Origin: Candidatus Omnitrophota bacterium
GTDB lineage: Bacteria; Omnitrophota; Gorgyraeia; Zapsychrales; Fredricksoniimonadaceae
Direction of reading: 5' to 3'
Length of the DNA stretch: 64,000 bases
Assembly (NCBI GenBank): GCA_044225175.1
Contig: JBGAJA010000006.1
Span: 65,049 to 129,048 of the forward strand
A model generated the notes under the pieces. It made no database searches, was not told the DNA's origin, and saw nothing but the letters and a program-made list of their open reading frames with translations. A program made the translations under genes and the position numbers. Below, piece by piece: positions 18,286 to 27,113 of this stretch (the first letter of the stretch is position 1; each line of letters opens with the position of its first letter).

Positions 18286-21200
18286 TTAACGTTGATTTTG
18301 TAAACGATTGTATATCACAGAAAGAAAATAATCTACTTTGCCTTTTGGTTGAAGCTTTAATTCTTTGCTTTTCAAAGCCAATACAAAAGCTTCACGGTAC
18401 TGTCCTTTTTCTAAAGCTGTCATGGAAGCCGCAAATAGAGTTTCCGCCTGTTTTTCAGTAGAGTTAGTCAAAAGAAAAGCATCCGCAAAATCAGATGTTT
18501 TTATCAGCTCAACAGACAAAGGTTGGTCAGAGAAATCAATAGCATATTGATTGTTTATCTTTGGATTAATCAAAATGACATGGGGAAAGTGATTAAGAAG
18601 ATCATCAGCAAAGATCTTCTGCGTAAAGCTGTTAACCCCATAACCGAATGGGCGTTCGCTATAAAGATTGAAATAAAAACTTTGAGGGTATAGTGAGAAA
18701 AGCTCTGAACTTTCTTTAAAGGAGTAAGTAGGGCTTAAAAGGAATGAGAAGTAAGAATTGGCAAACAATAAGGCAGAGTTTTGGTCGAAGAATATATTTC
18801 GATCAGCCGTTGTCATAATAGTTGCTCCGGGATATTGGGCATACAGTTTCTTGTTAAAAGTCAGGATATGGTTTGTTAAGCCTGACAATTGAGTACGGAA
18901 TAACATTGTGTGAATAATGGTTTGAAGACCAAATACCAGAATCAAGACGATCGTTAATCGGATGAAGATTTTCTTTTTGGTTAATTGCTCTAAATAAAAT
19001 ATGGGAAGGATGATGCTTAATAAGCAGATTCCAGGGATCAGATAGTGAGGGGAATAATGGCTTATTGTGATTAGGAATACAAATAAGACACAAGCGTTTA
19101 ATGCCCATAAGAATTGTGCGCTTCGATGGCGGTAGTTTCGAAAGAGTTTAATAGAACTCCAAAGCAATATTCCACCGGTAATTAGTAAGATCACGCAGTA
19201 AGTCCACAGGATTTTATTAAAGAATATACTTAGAAAATGTGGTGCATCAAGGACTCGAGGCCCGCCAAAAAGCAGATTGCCTGAGAATATTCCAATTGTC
19301 CATTTCCATAAAAGGGGGTATTGCGCATAAATCGGAATGGTCCATACAAAAAAAGACATGATAGTCATGCCTATAAAAAGAAGCTTTTTCTTCCACGGGA
19401 CCATGAGGAAGATAAAAATAAATATAGCAAGAAAGTTTAACTTGGTAGCTATGCCTAAGCCAGCGACTAATCCCAAGAGCAATGTTCCTATTAACTCTGC
19501 TTTTGGAGTTCTCGCATAAAATAGAATACATATGGCTATGCCTAGTAAATTGATGATGCTTATTAATAATGGTTCACAGCTAATATTGGCGCTAATAGGA
19601 AGAGTTGCTAAATTGGAATCCAGGGATTTGATGGTCAAAAGAAATAGGCCTGGGATTTGACTTAAAATTGCGGCAATTTTATTACGTGTTTTATAGAAAA
19701 TGTAAGCTGCCAGGGCAGATGATGTCAGAAAGACCCCCAGCACTAAAACAATGTGGATGGCATGCAGATAATATTCAGGATTTAAAAGTACATTATGGAC
19801 TGTATCTGTAATGGGGCGCCCTAAATTTAAGACGCTGATGACACATGCATACAATAATTGAAGTGGAGTCCCAGGATGATCAATATGGGTGATACTGATG
19901 CCTTTTAGAATATGAATTCCATTAAAAAGATAAACATAGCAAGGATCAGCATATTGCCAAAAAGGTCCTGCGGCAGATCTTAAAAGAAAAGATAATAAAG
20001 CAACCACGCAAGGGATTATAAAAACAAAACTATAAGAAGCTAATGTTGAAAGAATGGGATGAGTTCTAAGTTGAATCTGCTCGATAGAATTTTTATAGGA
20101 CCATCTTCGTCCAAAATCCACGATCGGTTTTTCAAAGTACATCCAAGAGAGTTGGGCACATACGATTGTCATTAAGAATGCACCGATCGTTGTGAAAGCA
20201 TCTGTCCATTGAAGAATTTGAGGCGAACTTTGATTTAAAAATAGAGCATGCATCACCCCAGAAATACCCTGATGAAACAAGTACATGCCGTAGGCAATGA
20301 TTCCTAAGCGGACAATCCAAGGATTACGTACAACAGCTGTAATGACTCCTCGTTTTTCACAGAGAGCAATTAACAATACACACGCATATCCGAAGGCCAG
20401 CAACGAATAGCCATACCACACCATATTCTTTGATAGGACGTTTTTGTCTTTGCACATAATGGCAAATACACAAGCAAAGATGATGGCGGTTGTGATATAC
20501 AACAACGGAATACATCGATGAATTAGATTTTTAATAGTCTTTTTACGCAACAGGAGAGCACATAACACCCCAATCATTAAGGCATCCATACGAGAAGGCA
20601 TCATTAAGAAGCCCCAGAACTCACCATGAGGGACATTGGAGAATAAAAGCATTCTCAACACAGGAGCTGAAAAGATCAGAAAGACAACAACATAGGGTAA
20701 GCTGCGTACCGAACAGGCATAAATCAAAAGGGGAAGGACTAGATAGAATTGTTCTTCAACAGCTAAGGACCAAGTTATTCCAAGCCAGGGGCTTCCCCAT
20801 TCATTAATATTGGCCATAGCAAAATTCTGTGTAAAAGTTAAATAATAAGCAAGGCCAATAGATTTAGGGTCGTTGATAAATGATTTTAAATGAGGATTGA
20901 TCGATGGGAAATGAACAATAGCCCATGTGATCACTTGTAAAAGGAGAATCCATAAGATATAAAGCGGTAATATTCGACAAAAACGACGAATGTAAAAGGT
21001 CTGAAAGAAATTGGTTGCGTGTTTATTATTTAATAAGATTCCACCTAATAAAAATCCAGAAAGCACAAAGAACAGATCCACTCCGCTCCACGTTAACCAT
21101 AAGCATTGATAGATTGTTAAAAGCCAGGGAGTCGAATTGATTTGATCAAAAACGGGGCCTTTTTGGATTTGACAGACGACATAGTGCCAAATCAACACTT

Positions 21201-21294
21201 GAAGAATGGCAAGGCCTCTTAGTCCATCCAATTCAGGGATACGAATTGCAGCAACAGAAATAGATTGATTGAAATCTTTAAAAAATTTAATCAT
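18286..21294 (-). CDS. Fusion: N-terminal acyltransferase-3 (OafA/YrhL-type) domain plus a C-terminal ~600-aa polytopic membrane domain. The C-terminal domain is paralogous to the next two genes and belongs to an unrecognised GT-C-like family.
   Basis: AT3 hallmarks: LDGLRGLAIL…H, GVDLFFVLSGFL, FYIRRFCRILPLY. The C-terminal domain starts at …AAGPFWQYADPCYVYLFNGIHILKG and ends with a TPR-like tail (…TEKQAETLF…ALKSKELKLQPKGKVDYFL…). Both regions align with the ORFs at 21298-23037 and 23043-24800. Confidence 0.6.
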   Translation of the reverse strand: MIKFFKDFNQSISVAAIRIPELDGLRGLAILQVLIWHYVVCQIQKGPVFDQINSTPWLLTIYQCLWLTWSGVDLFFVLSGFLLGGILLNNKHATNFFQTFYIRRFCRILPLYILWILLLQVITWAIVHFPSINPHLKSFINDPKSIGLAYYLTFTQNFAMANINEWGSPWLGITWSLAVEEQFYLVLPLLIYACSVRSLPYVVVFLIFSAPVLRMLLFSNVPHGEFWGFLMMPSRMDALMIGVLCALLLRKKTIKNLIHRCIPLLYITTAIIFACVFAIMCKDKNVLSKNMVWYGYSLLAFGYACVLLIALCEKRGVITAVVRNPWIVRLGIIAYGMYLFHQGISGVMHALFLNQSSPQILQWTDAFTTIGAFLMTIVCAQLSWMYFEKPIVDFGRRWSYKNSIEQIQLRTHPILSTLASYSFVFIIPCVVALLSFLLRSAAGPFWQYADPCYVYLFNGIHILKGISITHIDHPGTPLQLLYACVISVLNLGRPITDTVHNVLLNPEYYLHAIHIVLVLGVFLTSSALAAYIFYKTRNKIAAILSQIPGLFLLTIKSLDSNLATLPISANISCEPLLISIINLLGIAICILFYARTPKAELIGTLLLGLVAGLGIATKLNFLAIFIFIFLMVPWKKKLLFIGMTIMSFFVWTIPIYAQYPLLWKWTIGIFSGNLLFGGPRVLDAPHFLSIFFNKILWTYCVILLITGGILLWSSIKLFRNYRHRSAQFLWALNACVLFVFLITISHYSPHYLIPGICLLSIILPIFYLEQLTKKKIFIRLTIVLILVFGLQTIIHTMLFRTQLSGLTNHILTFNKKLYAQYPGATIMTTADRNIFFDQNSALLFANSYFSFLLSPTYSFKESSELFSLYPQSFYFNLYSERPFGYGVNSFTQKIFADDLLNHFPHVILINPKINNQYAIDFSDQPLSVELIKTSDFADAFLLTNSTEKQAETLFAASMTALEKGQYREAFVLALKSKELKLQPKGKVDYFLSVIYNRLQNQR

Positions 21295-21297
21295 GAA

Positions 21298-23037
21298 TTA
21301 CTTCGGGATTTTGTTATAAATGAAAGCCAGCAAATATTCGACCTTGCCCCGCGGCTCATATTTTAAATCTCTACTTTTTAATGCCAGAGCAAAGGCTTGT
21401 TGAAAATCGCCTTTTTGCAAGGCCGCTTCAGCGAGCGATAAAAGTTCATTAGCTTGCTTTTCTGTTGATCCAGTTAATAGATAGGCATTGGCAAACGATG
21501 ATTGGTCAATCTTTTTAAGCGTGTAGGCAGATTGTTCGATATCTGTATTAGAAAGAAAAATGACGCAAGGATAGTTAGCAAGTAAATCTTCTCCATAAAC
21601 TCGTTGTTGAGAATCCCATATTCCATAGCCATCGTATTGGTCTTGAATGATTTTATCTGGATTAAAGTAATAAGCATGAGGGGAAGCTTTTTTTAGTTCT
21701 TCGTTCTCATGATGAAGAGCATATCTATTGCCAAACAGCAGGGCGTATTCTTGGTTAAGGTATAGGGAAACAAGATTGGAGTTAGAAGCAATCACTGTGC
21801 AGTTAGGGTATTGGGAGTAGATCCGGTCATGAAGGCCCATTGTATCATTTGTCAGATTTGATAAATTGTGATGATACATCACCGCTTGAGTTGTGGTTAC
21901 AATCATGAACAATGGCACAAATGACATAACTAGTTTATTAGCTAGTTGAGTCTGGAACAGACGATTAATGCTTAACAAGAATAGGATGGGGCTGGTAGAA
22001 CAGATCCCTAAGACTAAATAATGCCATGAGAAATGTTTGGCAATAATACCAAAATGTAATAATGTCCCGATACATGCTGCCCATAAAAAAAGAGCATTTT
22101 TATTAGTGCGGTCCTTGATGAATTGAATCGAACTTAAAATAAAAGCTCCTAGAGTTATCAAAACGAAGAACCAATGTTGAGGAAAAATATCTTTGAATAA
22201 ATGGGAGGCGAAGGTATTCCAGTCAACTACCCCTGTTGTACCTGAGCCGAGGGCGCCTGTGTGAGTGACAATGCTTTGAGCCCATTGCCATACTAAAGGA
22301 TATTTAGAAAGTATAGGTAATGTGCAGATAAAAAATGATACAAAAGAAACAGTCATCAGAATAAGTTTCTTTCGTCCTGGGGTCACAATGAGGGCTGAGA
22401 TTAAAAATGTAAAGAAAATTAGTCTTGTAGACAGGCCAAGACCACAGACAAGGCCCATAATCAAGATCCATTTTATTTGGGAAGAAGAATCCTTTGCAAA
22501 ATATAAAGCCAAGAAGCATAAAGTAAAAAGATTAACAATACTTATTAATAAAAGCTCAGGGTTTACATTCGCACTGATAGGTAGGATTGGAAGGTTTGAG
22601 GCGTTTGATTTAATGATTAATGCACAAAGCCCAGGCAGTTGTGTTAGCAGTGCAGCCCATCTATTGCTGGTTTTGTGATAAATATAAACAGCTAATAAAA
22701 CATAGGTTACAAAAGTTCCTAGAATTAACAGAAAATGAACTGCCTGAAAATAGAATTCGGGGTGTACTAAAGCTCTGTGGATAATATCTGGAGTTGAAAG
22801 GCCGATATTAAAGATCCAAATTGTAATGAGAATTATCAGTTGAAGAGGAATACCTGGATGTTGAATTAGGGTGGGAGTGATGCCCTTAAGCATATGAAGC
22901 GCATTAAAGTAGTAAATGTACGAAGGATCGCAGTATTGCCAAAGAGGTCCTCCTGCACTCTTAAGAAAGAAAGCCAAGGTGATAATCACTATGGGAATGA
23001 TTAGTGCAAAACTATATGTTTTTAATAATTTCAGCAT
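21298..23037 (-). CDS. Polytopic membrane protein, paralog 2 of the unrecognised GT-C-like family (membrane domain plus C-terminal soluble TPR-like tail)
   Basis: N-terminal …SAGGPLWQYCDPSYIYYFNALHMLKGITPTLIQHPGIPLQL…. C-terminal …AYLLTGSTEKQANELLSLAEAALQKGDFQQAFALALKSRDLKYEPRGKVEYLLAFIYNKI. It is clearly homologous to both neighbours. Confidence 0.55.
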   Translation of the reverse strand: MLKLLKTYSFALIIPIVIITLAFFLKSAGGPLWQYCDPSYIYYFNALHMLKGITPTLIQHPGIPLQLIILITIWIFNIGLSTPDIIHRALVHPEFYFQAVHFLLILGTFVTYVLLAVYIYHKTSNRWAALLTQLPGLCALIIKSNASNLPILPISANVNPELLLISIVNLFTLCFLALYFAKDSSSQIKWILIMGLVCGLGLSTRLIFFTFLISALIVTPGRKKLILMTVSFVSFFICTLPILSKYPLVWQWAQSIVTHTGALGSGTTGVVDWNTFASHLFKDIFPQHWFFVLITLGAFILSSIQFIKDRTNKNALFLWAACIGTLLHFGIIAKHFSWHYLVLGICSTSPILFLLSINRLFQTQLANKLVMSFVPLFMIVTTTQAVMYHHNLSNLTNDTMGLHDRIYSQYPNCTVIASNSNLVSLYLNQEYALLFGNRYALHHENEELKKASPHAYYFNPDKIIQDQYDGYGIWDSQQRVYGEDLLANYPCVIFLSNTDIEQSAYTLKKIDQSSFANAYLLTGSTEKQANELLSLAEAALQKGDFQQAFALALKSRDLKYEPRGKVEYLLAFIYNKIPK

Positions 23038-23042
23038 TGATA

Positions 23043-24800
23043 TTATTCCTTTTGAATGTGCGGGTAGATCAAGCCAAGGTAATATTCAACCTTACCTCGT
23101 GGTTGGAAATTGAGTTCCCTGGCTTTTAAGGCTAACGCGAAAGCTTGTTGATAGTTGCCTTGTTTTAATTGATTCAAAGCTCCTAAGAAAAAGTTCTCTG
23201 CTTGTTTCTCTGTTGAATTAACGAGTAAATAAGCTTGGGCGTATTTAGATTCTTCGATTGGTTTGACAATAAAAGGGTATTGTGAGAAATCAGAATTTAA
23301 TTTAAGAAAAATACTGCAAGAACCTGCATTTAAAAGATCATCAGCATAAATTCTTTGTCCTTTGAAATTTCTAATGCCATATCCATCATCATAATTTTCT
23401 GGCCGGGGCTCTGTTTGTTCGGAATTAAAATAAAATGTTTTAGGATACAAAGCGTAGATCGCTTGGTCAGCTTTATGGAGGGTGCCATAATTGCCTAAGA
23501 ATAAGCCGTGAGATTGCGTCAGGTAAATATTTGTAGCAGTGGTTGCTGAAGGAAGGATGGAGCAGTTGGGATATTGTGTATGAATTTTTCCGCGTATCTG
23601 ATCTAAGTCGTGGGTGAATTCTTTTACTTGATGATAATAAGAATAAGCCTGAAATGAGCTTTGAATGGAAATGAGTACAATAACAATTAATGTGATTCGT
23701 TTCATAAGCACACTGTGAGGAGTCAATTGAAGATAAAATAATAAGAGTATTGGGCCTAATAAAAGCAGAGAGGGAAGAAGATAGTGGAAAGAAAAATGTT
23801 TAGCTGTGATCAGGATCTGAAGAAGGCTTACCAAACAAAGGGTCAATAACATCTGGACATTCCGGTTCTTCCACTGATTCTTAATTCTTATTAAACACCA
23901 TGAAAAAATTCCAAATGTAAAGAATATTAAGAATTTGAAATGAAGTACAATTGCTGTTAAGTGTGACCAAAATTCAGTCCAATTAATCATCTCTTGTTGG
24001 CCTAATCCATAGTGCCCGGAGTGAGTGATTAGACTGATTATCCAATCAAATAGCTTTGGGTATTGAGCAATGATGGGAATGGTCCACACAACAAAGGACA
24101 GTAGGGATATCGCTATAAAAATAGGTTTGATTCTCCAAGAGACAATGAGCAATCCTGCTAAACATAGAGGAAGGAAAACGAGTTTGATCGCTAATCCAAA
24201 TCCACATACGATTGCTAAGAACACGCTGGCTTTCCATTGATCTTTGGGAGTTTGCGCAAAATATAATTTAAGAAAGAAAAGGTTAAAAAGGTTGATGCTG
24301 CTAATAAGAAATGGTTCGGGGCTAACGTTAGATACAATGGGTGTCACAGCAAAACTGGAGTCAAAGGATTGAATAGTTAGAAGACTTAAAGCGGGTAATT
24401 GTATTAATAGCGCTGCACTTAGATCGTTTGTTTTTTTGTAAATAAAATGACCTAGAAGAATAAATGTTGCCGCAGTGAGAATGGTTAAAGTGACAAATGT
24501 CAGATTTAAATAAAATTCTGGGTGAAGAAAAGCTTCATTGGTAATGTCTGTTTTGGAATGGTTAATATTAAAGAGTCGAATGATAGCTAGAATCAGAAGT
24601 TGTAAAGGGGTGCCTGGATGGGCTGTTTGTGTTGGAGAAATGCCATTAAGCATGTGAATGGCATCAAAAAGATATGTATAACAGGGATCAGCATATTGCC
24701 AAAAAGGGCCAGCAGCGCATCTAAGGAAGATTGAGAAAACTAATGTGAGAAAAGGGATAATGAGCAAGAAAGCCCATCGGAATCGGATAATAAAATTCAA
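23043..24800 (-). CDS. Polytopic membrane protein, paralog 3 of the same family
   Basis: N-terminal …AAGPFWQYADPCYTYLFDAIHMLNGISPTQTAHPGTPLQL…. C-terminal …AYLLVNSTEKQAENFF…ALKARELNFQPRGKVEYYLGLIY. Confidence 0.55.
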   Translation of the reverse strand: MNFIIRFRWAFLLIIPFLTLVFSIFLRCAAGPFWQYADPCYTYLFDAIHMLNGISPTQTAHPGTPLQLLILAIIRLFNINHSKTDITNEAFLHPEFYLNLTFVTLTILTAATFILLGHFIYKKTNDLSAALLIQLPALSLLTIQSFDSSFAVTPIVSNVSPEPFLISSINLFNLFFLKLYFAQTPKDQWKASVFLAIVCGFGLAIKLVFLPLCLAGLLIVSWRIKPIFIAISLLSFVVWTIPIIAQYPKLFDWIISLITHSGHYGLGQQEMINWTEFWSHLTAIVLHFKFLIFFTFGIFSWCLIRIKNQWKNRNVQMLLTLCLVSLLQILITAKHFSFHYLLPSLLLLGPILLLFYLQLTPHSVLMKRITLIVIVLISIQSSFQAYSYYHQVKEFTHDLDQIRGKIHTQYPNCSILPSATTATNIYLTQSHGLFLGNYGTLHKADQAIYALYPKTFYFNSEQTEPRPENYDDGYGIRNFKGQRIYADDLLNAGSCSIFLKLNSDFSQYPFIVKPIEESKYAQAYLLVNSTEKQAENFFLGALNQLKQGNYQQAFALALKARELNFQPRGKVEYYLGLIYPHIQKE

Positions 24801-24950
24801 ATACTAGTCCTCATTTATATACAAAATTTATTAATCGGGTTATGGTACTATAAAATAATATTCTTTAAAAGAATTAAAACAATCCAAAAATAAATCTTAA
24901 TAAATTCTCTAAATTACGATATTATGTCTGCAATTAATTAGTCAGAAATT

Positions 24951-25676
24951 ATGTCTAACCTCAATGGCTCCATGGAATCTTCTGTTTTAAAAACATTACA
25001 TGTTGTACGCGGTTCTCGCAGGTACAATTCATGGCTTTATGATCGTATTAAAAGTCATTTGCGTGGTTCTGTGTTAGATATAGGCAGTGGTTTGGGAGAT
25101 ATTGCTCGTCAGTTTGTGAATCCTTCCATTGATGAGGTTGTCCTCTCTGATTATGCTGATGAAATGCTCAATTTATTAACACAAAATCCTCCTCCATTAA
25201 AAAAGTACCGCATCACCAAGTTAGATATTACTAATCCTCACACCTTTAATGATTATCCAAAAGAACAAGCAGATACGATCACTTGTATTAACGTGTTGGA
25301 GCATATTCAAGATGATGTGAGGGCCCTTAAACATATGAAGAGTTTGCTTAAAAAAGGTGGCAAGGTGGTTATTTTTGTTCCCGCATTACCTGCAATTTAT
25401 GGCACTCTAGATACACATGTAGAGCATTATCGACGTTATACCAAAAGAAGTTTGGGCCGAGTTTTTAAAGAGGCAGGTTTTACGGTTCAAGATTCTTATT
25501 ATATGAACATGTTTGGTATTTTAACCTGGTTTTTTGCTGGACGTATATTAAGACAGAAGAAGTTTCACAAAAATGCTTGTCATATGTTGGATCGCATTGT
25601 GCCTTCTTTAAGGGCAATCGAGAATGTTTTTAATCCACCTTTGGGGCAATCATTAATCATGGTTGGGCAATCCTAA
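24951..25676 (+). CDS. Class I SAM-dependent methyltransferase
   Basis: Motif I VLDIGSGLGD and motif post-II …GGKVVIFVPA. It is transcribed divergently from the paralog triplet. Confidence 0.6.
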   Translation: MSNLNGSMESSVLKTLHVVRGSRRYNSWLYDRIKSHLRGSVLDIGSGLGDIARQFVNPSIDEVVLSDYADEMLNLLTQNPPPLKKYRITKLDITNPHTFNDYPKEQADTITCINVLEHIQDDVRALKHMKSLLKKGGKVVIFVPALPAIYGTLDTHVEHYRRYTKRSLGRVFKEAGFTVQDSYYMNMFGILTWFFAGRILRQKKFHKNACHMLDRIVPSLRAIENVFNPPLGQSLIMVGQS

Positions 25677-25682
25677 ATAGTA

Positions 25683-27113
25683 ATGATCTTATTTTCCAAG
25701 ATTCACTCCTTCTATCTTTTTCATGCGCAGTTAATTGAACGAATTTTGTTCTTAATTGCTATTCTTAGCGCTGTTTTAATTCGTTATTCCTTCCTCAATC
25801 GAGGATTCTTTTATGATGAACTCTTTCTCGTAACTCACTTTCTTCAATCGCCTGAGCTTTTCGGTCCTTCTTTTAAAGATTATACAACTGCTAATCATAT
25901 GGGTTATACGATCTGTTCGTATGTGACAAGTCATTTATTTGGCATGAAAGAATGGGCTGTACGTTTGCCAGCCTTATGTTTTGATATAGCAAGTATGTGT
26001 GTCTTTGGGTATTGGACAAGAAAGTATTTTGGAAGAGCAGTTGCATCGGTTGGAATGATTTTATTTGTTTTTTCTCCAGCAAGTATTATTTGGAGCTCCT
26101 CTGCACGCGGATACTCGGCAATGATATTCTTCACATTAGCTTCCAGTATTCTTTATTTTCGTCTGCTACAACAAACTTCCAAAAGAACGCTGTTTTTGTT
26201 CATAGTTACAAACCTTATTGGGTTTTCCTTCCATTTGTATTTTGCTTTTATCGAGATTGTTCAATTGTTTCATTTGGTATTGTTAGCTTTTGCCAGTAGT
26301 CGATTAAACATATCTAGAAAGAATTTGGTTAATTTATCGATAGGGATGGGGATTACATGCATCTTATCGGTTCTTATCTATGCTCCGATCATGTTCAAGT
26401 TTCTCATGCAGCAAACAGGTGTACATGGGGAATTGATTCCATATTTTCCTTTGAAAGTATTTACAGATTTAATATCTGTCTCATGGTTGCCCTTAGGATT
26501 AATTTGTTTGATTGTGATGATTGTTGGATTTAAATATTTTAATCCCAGATTAGTGTATTGGCCCGTCTATGTTTTATTGTTATTCTTGATTCCATTGCCC
26601 ATTTGGTTGTCGAAACCATGGTTTTTATATCCTCGTTTCTTTTCTTTCTTATTGCCTTTTATTTTTCTTGGACTTGCCAATGGGATGGTCATGATTCCCA
26701 GGCTTTTTCCAAAGCCTTTTCAAATCATCCTTGGACTATGTATGGTGGCAGTCCTATGTGCGATTCTGTGGTCTTGGAAGAACAACTCTGCGAATGTCGT
26801 CCAAGAATTCAATAGCACTTTTAAAGAATCTGTGGCCTTTGCTGAAGGTATATCCAATAGTCAGGTGCGCTTTTGTTCATTTGGGAGTGAAGATCAGTTT
26901 TTTCAATATTATTCCAAACGGCCAGTCATTCAATTTAAGACTTTTGAAGAATTTTTATTATTTTATAATCAGAAGATAGATTCTTTGTGTTTTGCTATTA
27001 TGGGACCACCGATGAATGATGAACATAAGAAGATTTTTCTCTTTATGCTCACGCATTCCCAATTTAAATCTTTTGATAAAATTAATGTGTTTCATATAGG
27101 TGAAAGGCTGTAG
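25683..27113 (+). CDS. GT-C membrane glycosyltransferase, GT39/GT83 (PMT/ArnT)-like
   Basis: First-loop acidic motif …FFYDELFLV…, then …WAVRLPALCFDIASMCVFGYWTRKYFGRAVASVGMILFVFSPASIIWSSSARGYSAM…. This is typical of the ArnT/PMT 4-amino-arabinose or mannosyl transferase fold. Confidence 0.5.
   Translation: MILFSKIHSFYLFHAQLIERILFLIAILSAVLIRYSFLNRGFFYDELFLVTHFLQSPELFGPSFKDYTTANHMGYTICSYVTSHLFGMKEWAVRLPALCFDIASMCVFGYWTRKYFGRAVASVGMILFVFSPASIIWSSSARGYSAMIFFTLASSILYFRLLQQTSKRTLFLFIVTNLIGFSFHLYFAFIEIVQLFHLVLLAFASSRLNISRKNLVNLSIGMGITCILSVLIYAPIMFKFLMQQTGVHGELIPYFPLKVFTDLISVSWLPLGLICLIVMIVGFKYFNPRLVYWPVYVLLLFLIPLPIWLSKPWFLYPRFFSFLLPFIFLGLANGMVMIPRLFPKPFQIILGLCMVAVLCAILWSWKNNSANVVQEFNSTFKESVAFAEGISNSQVRFCSFGSEDQFFQYYSKRPVIQFKTFEEFLLFYNQKIDSLCFAIMGPPMNDEHKKIFLFMLTHSQFKSFDKINVFHIGERL

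Noticed and set aside
19247-19531. Multiple 60-110 aa antisense or alternative-frame ORFs inside the large membrane-protein genes (for example 19247-19531, 22322-22678, 25997-26299)
   Set aside because: They are embedded in long, well-supported ORFs encoding hydrophobic proteins. AT-rich codon usage produces long stop-free shadow frames. They have no independent RBS and no conserved domains.
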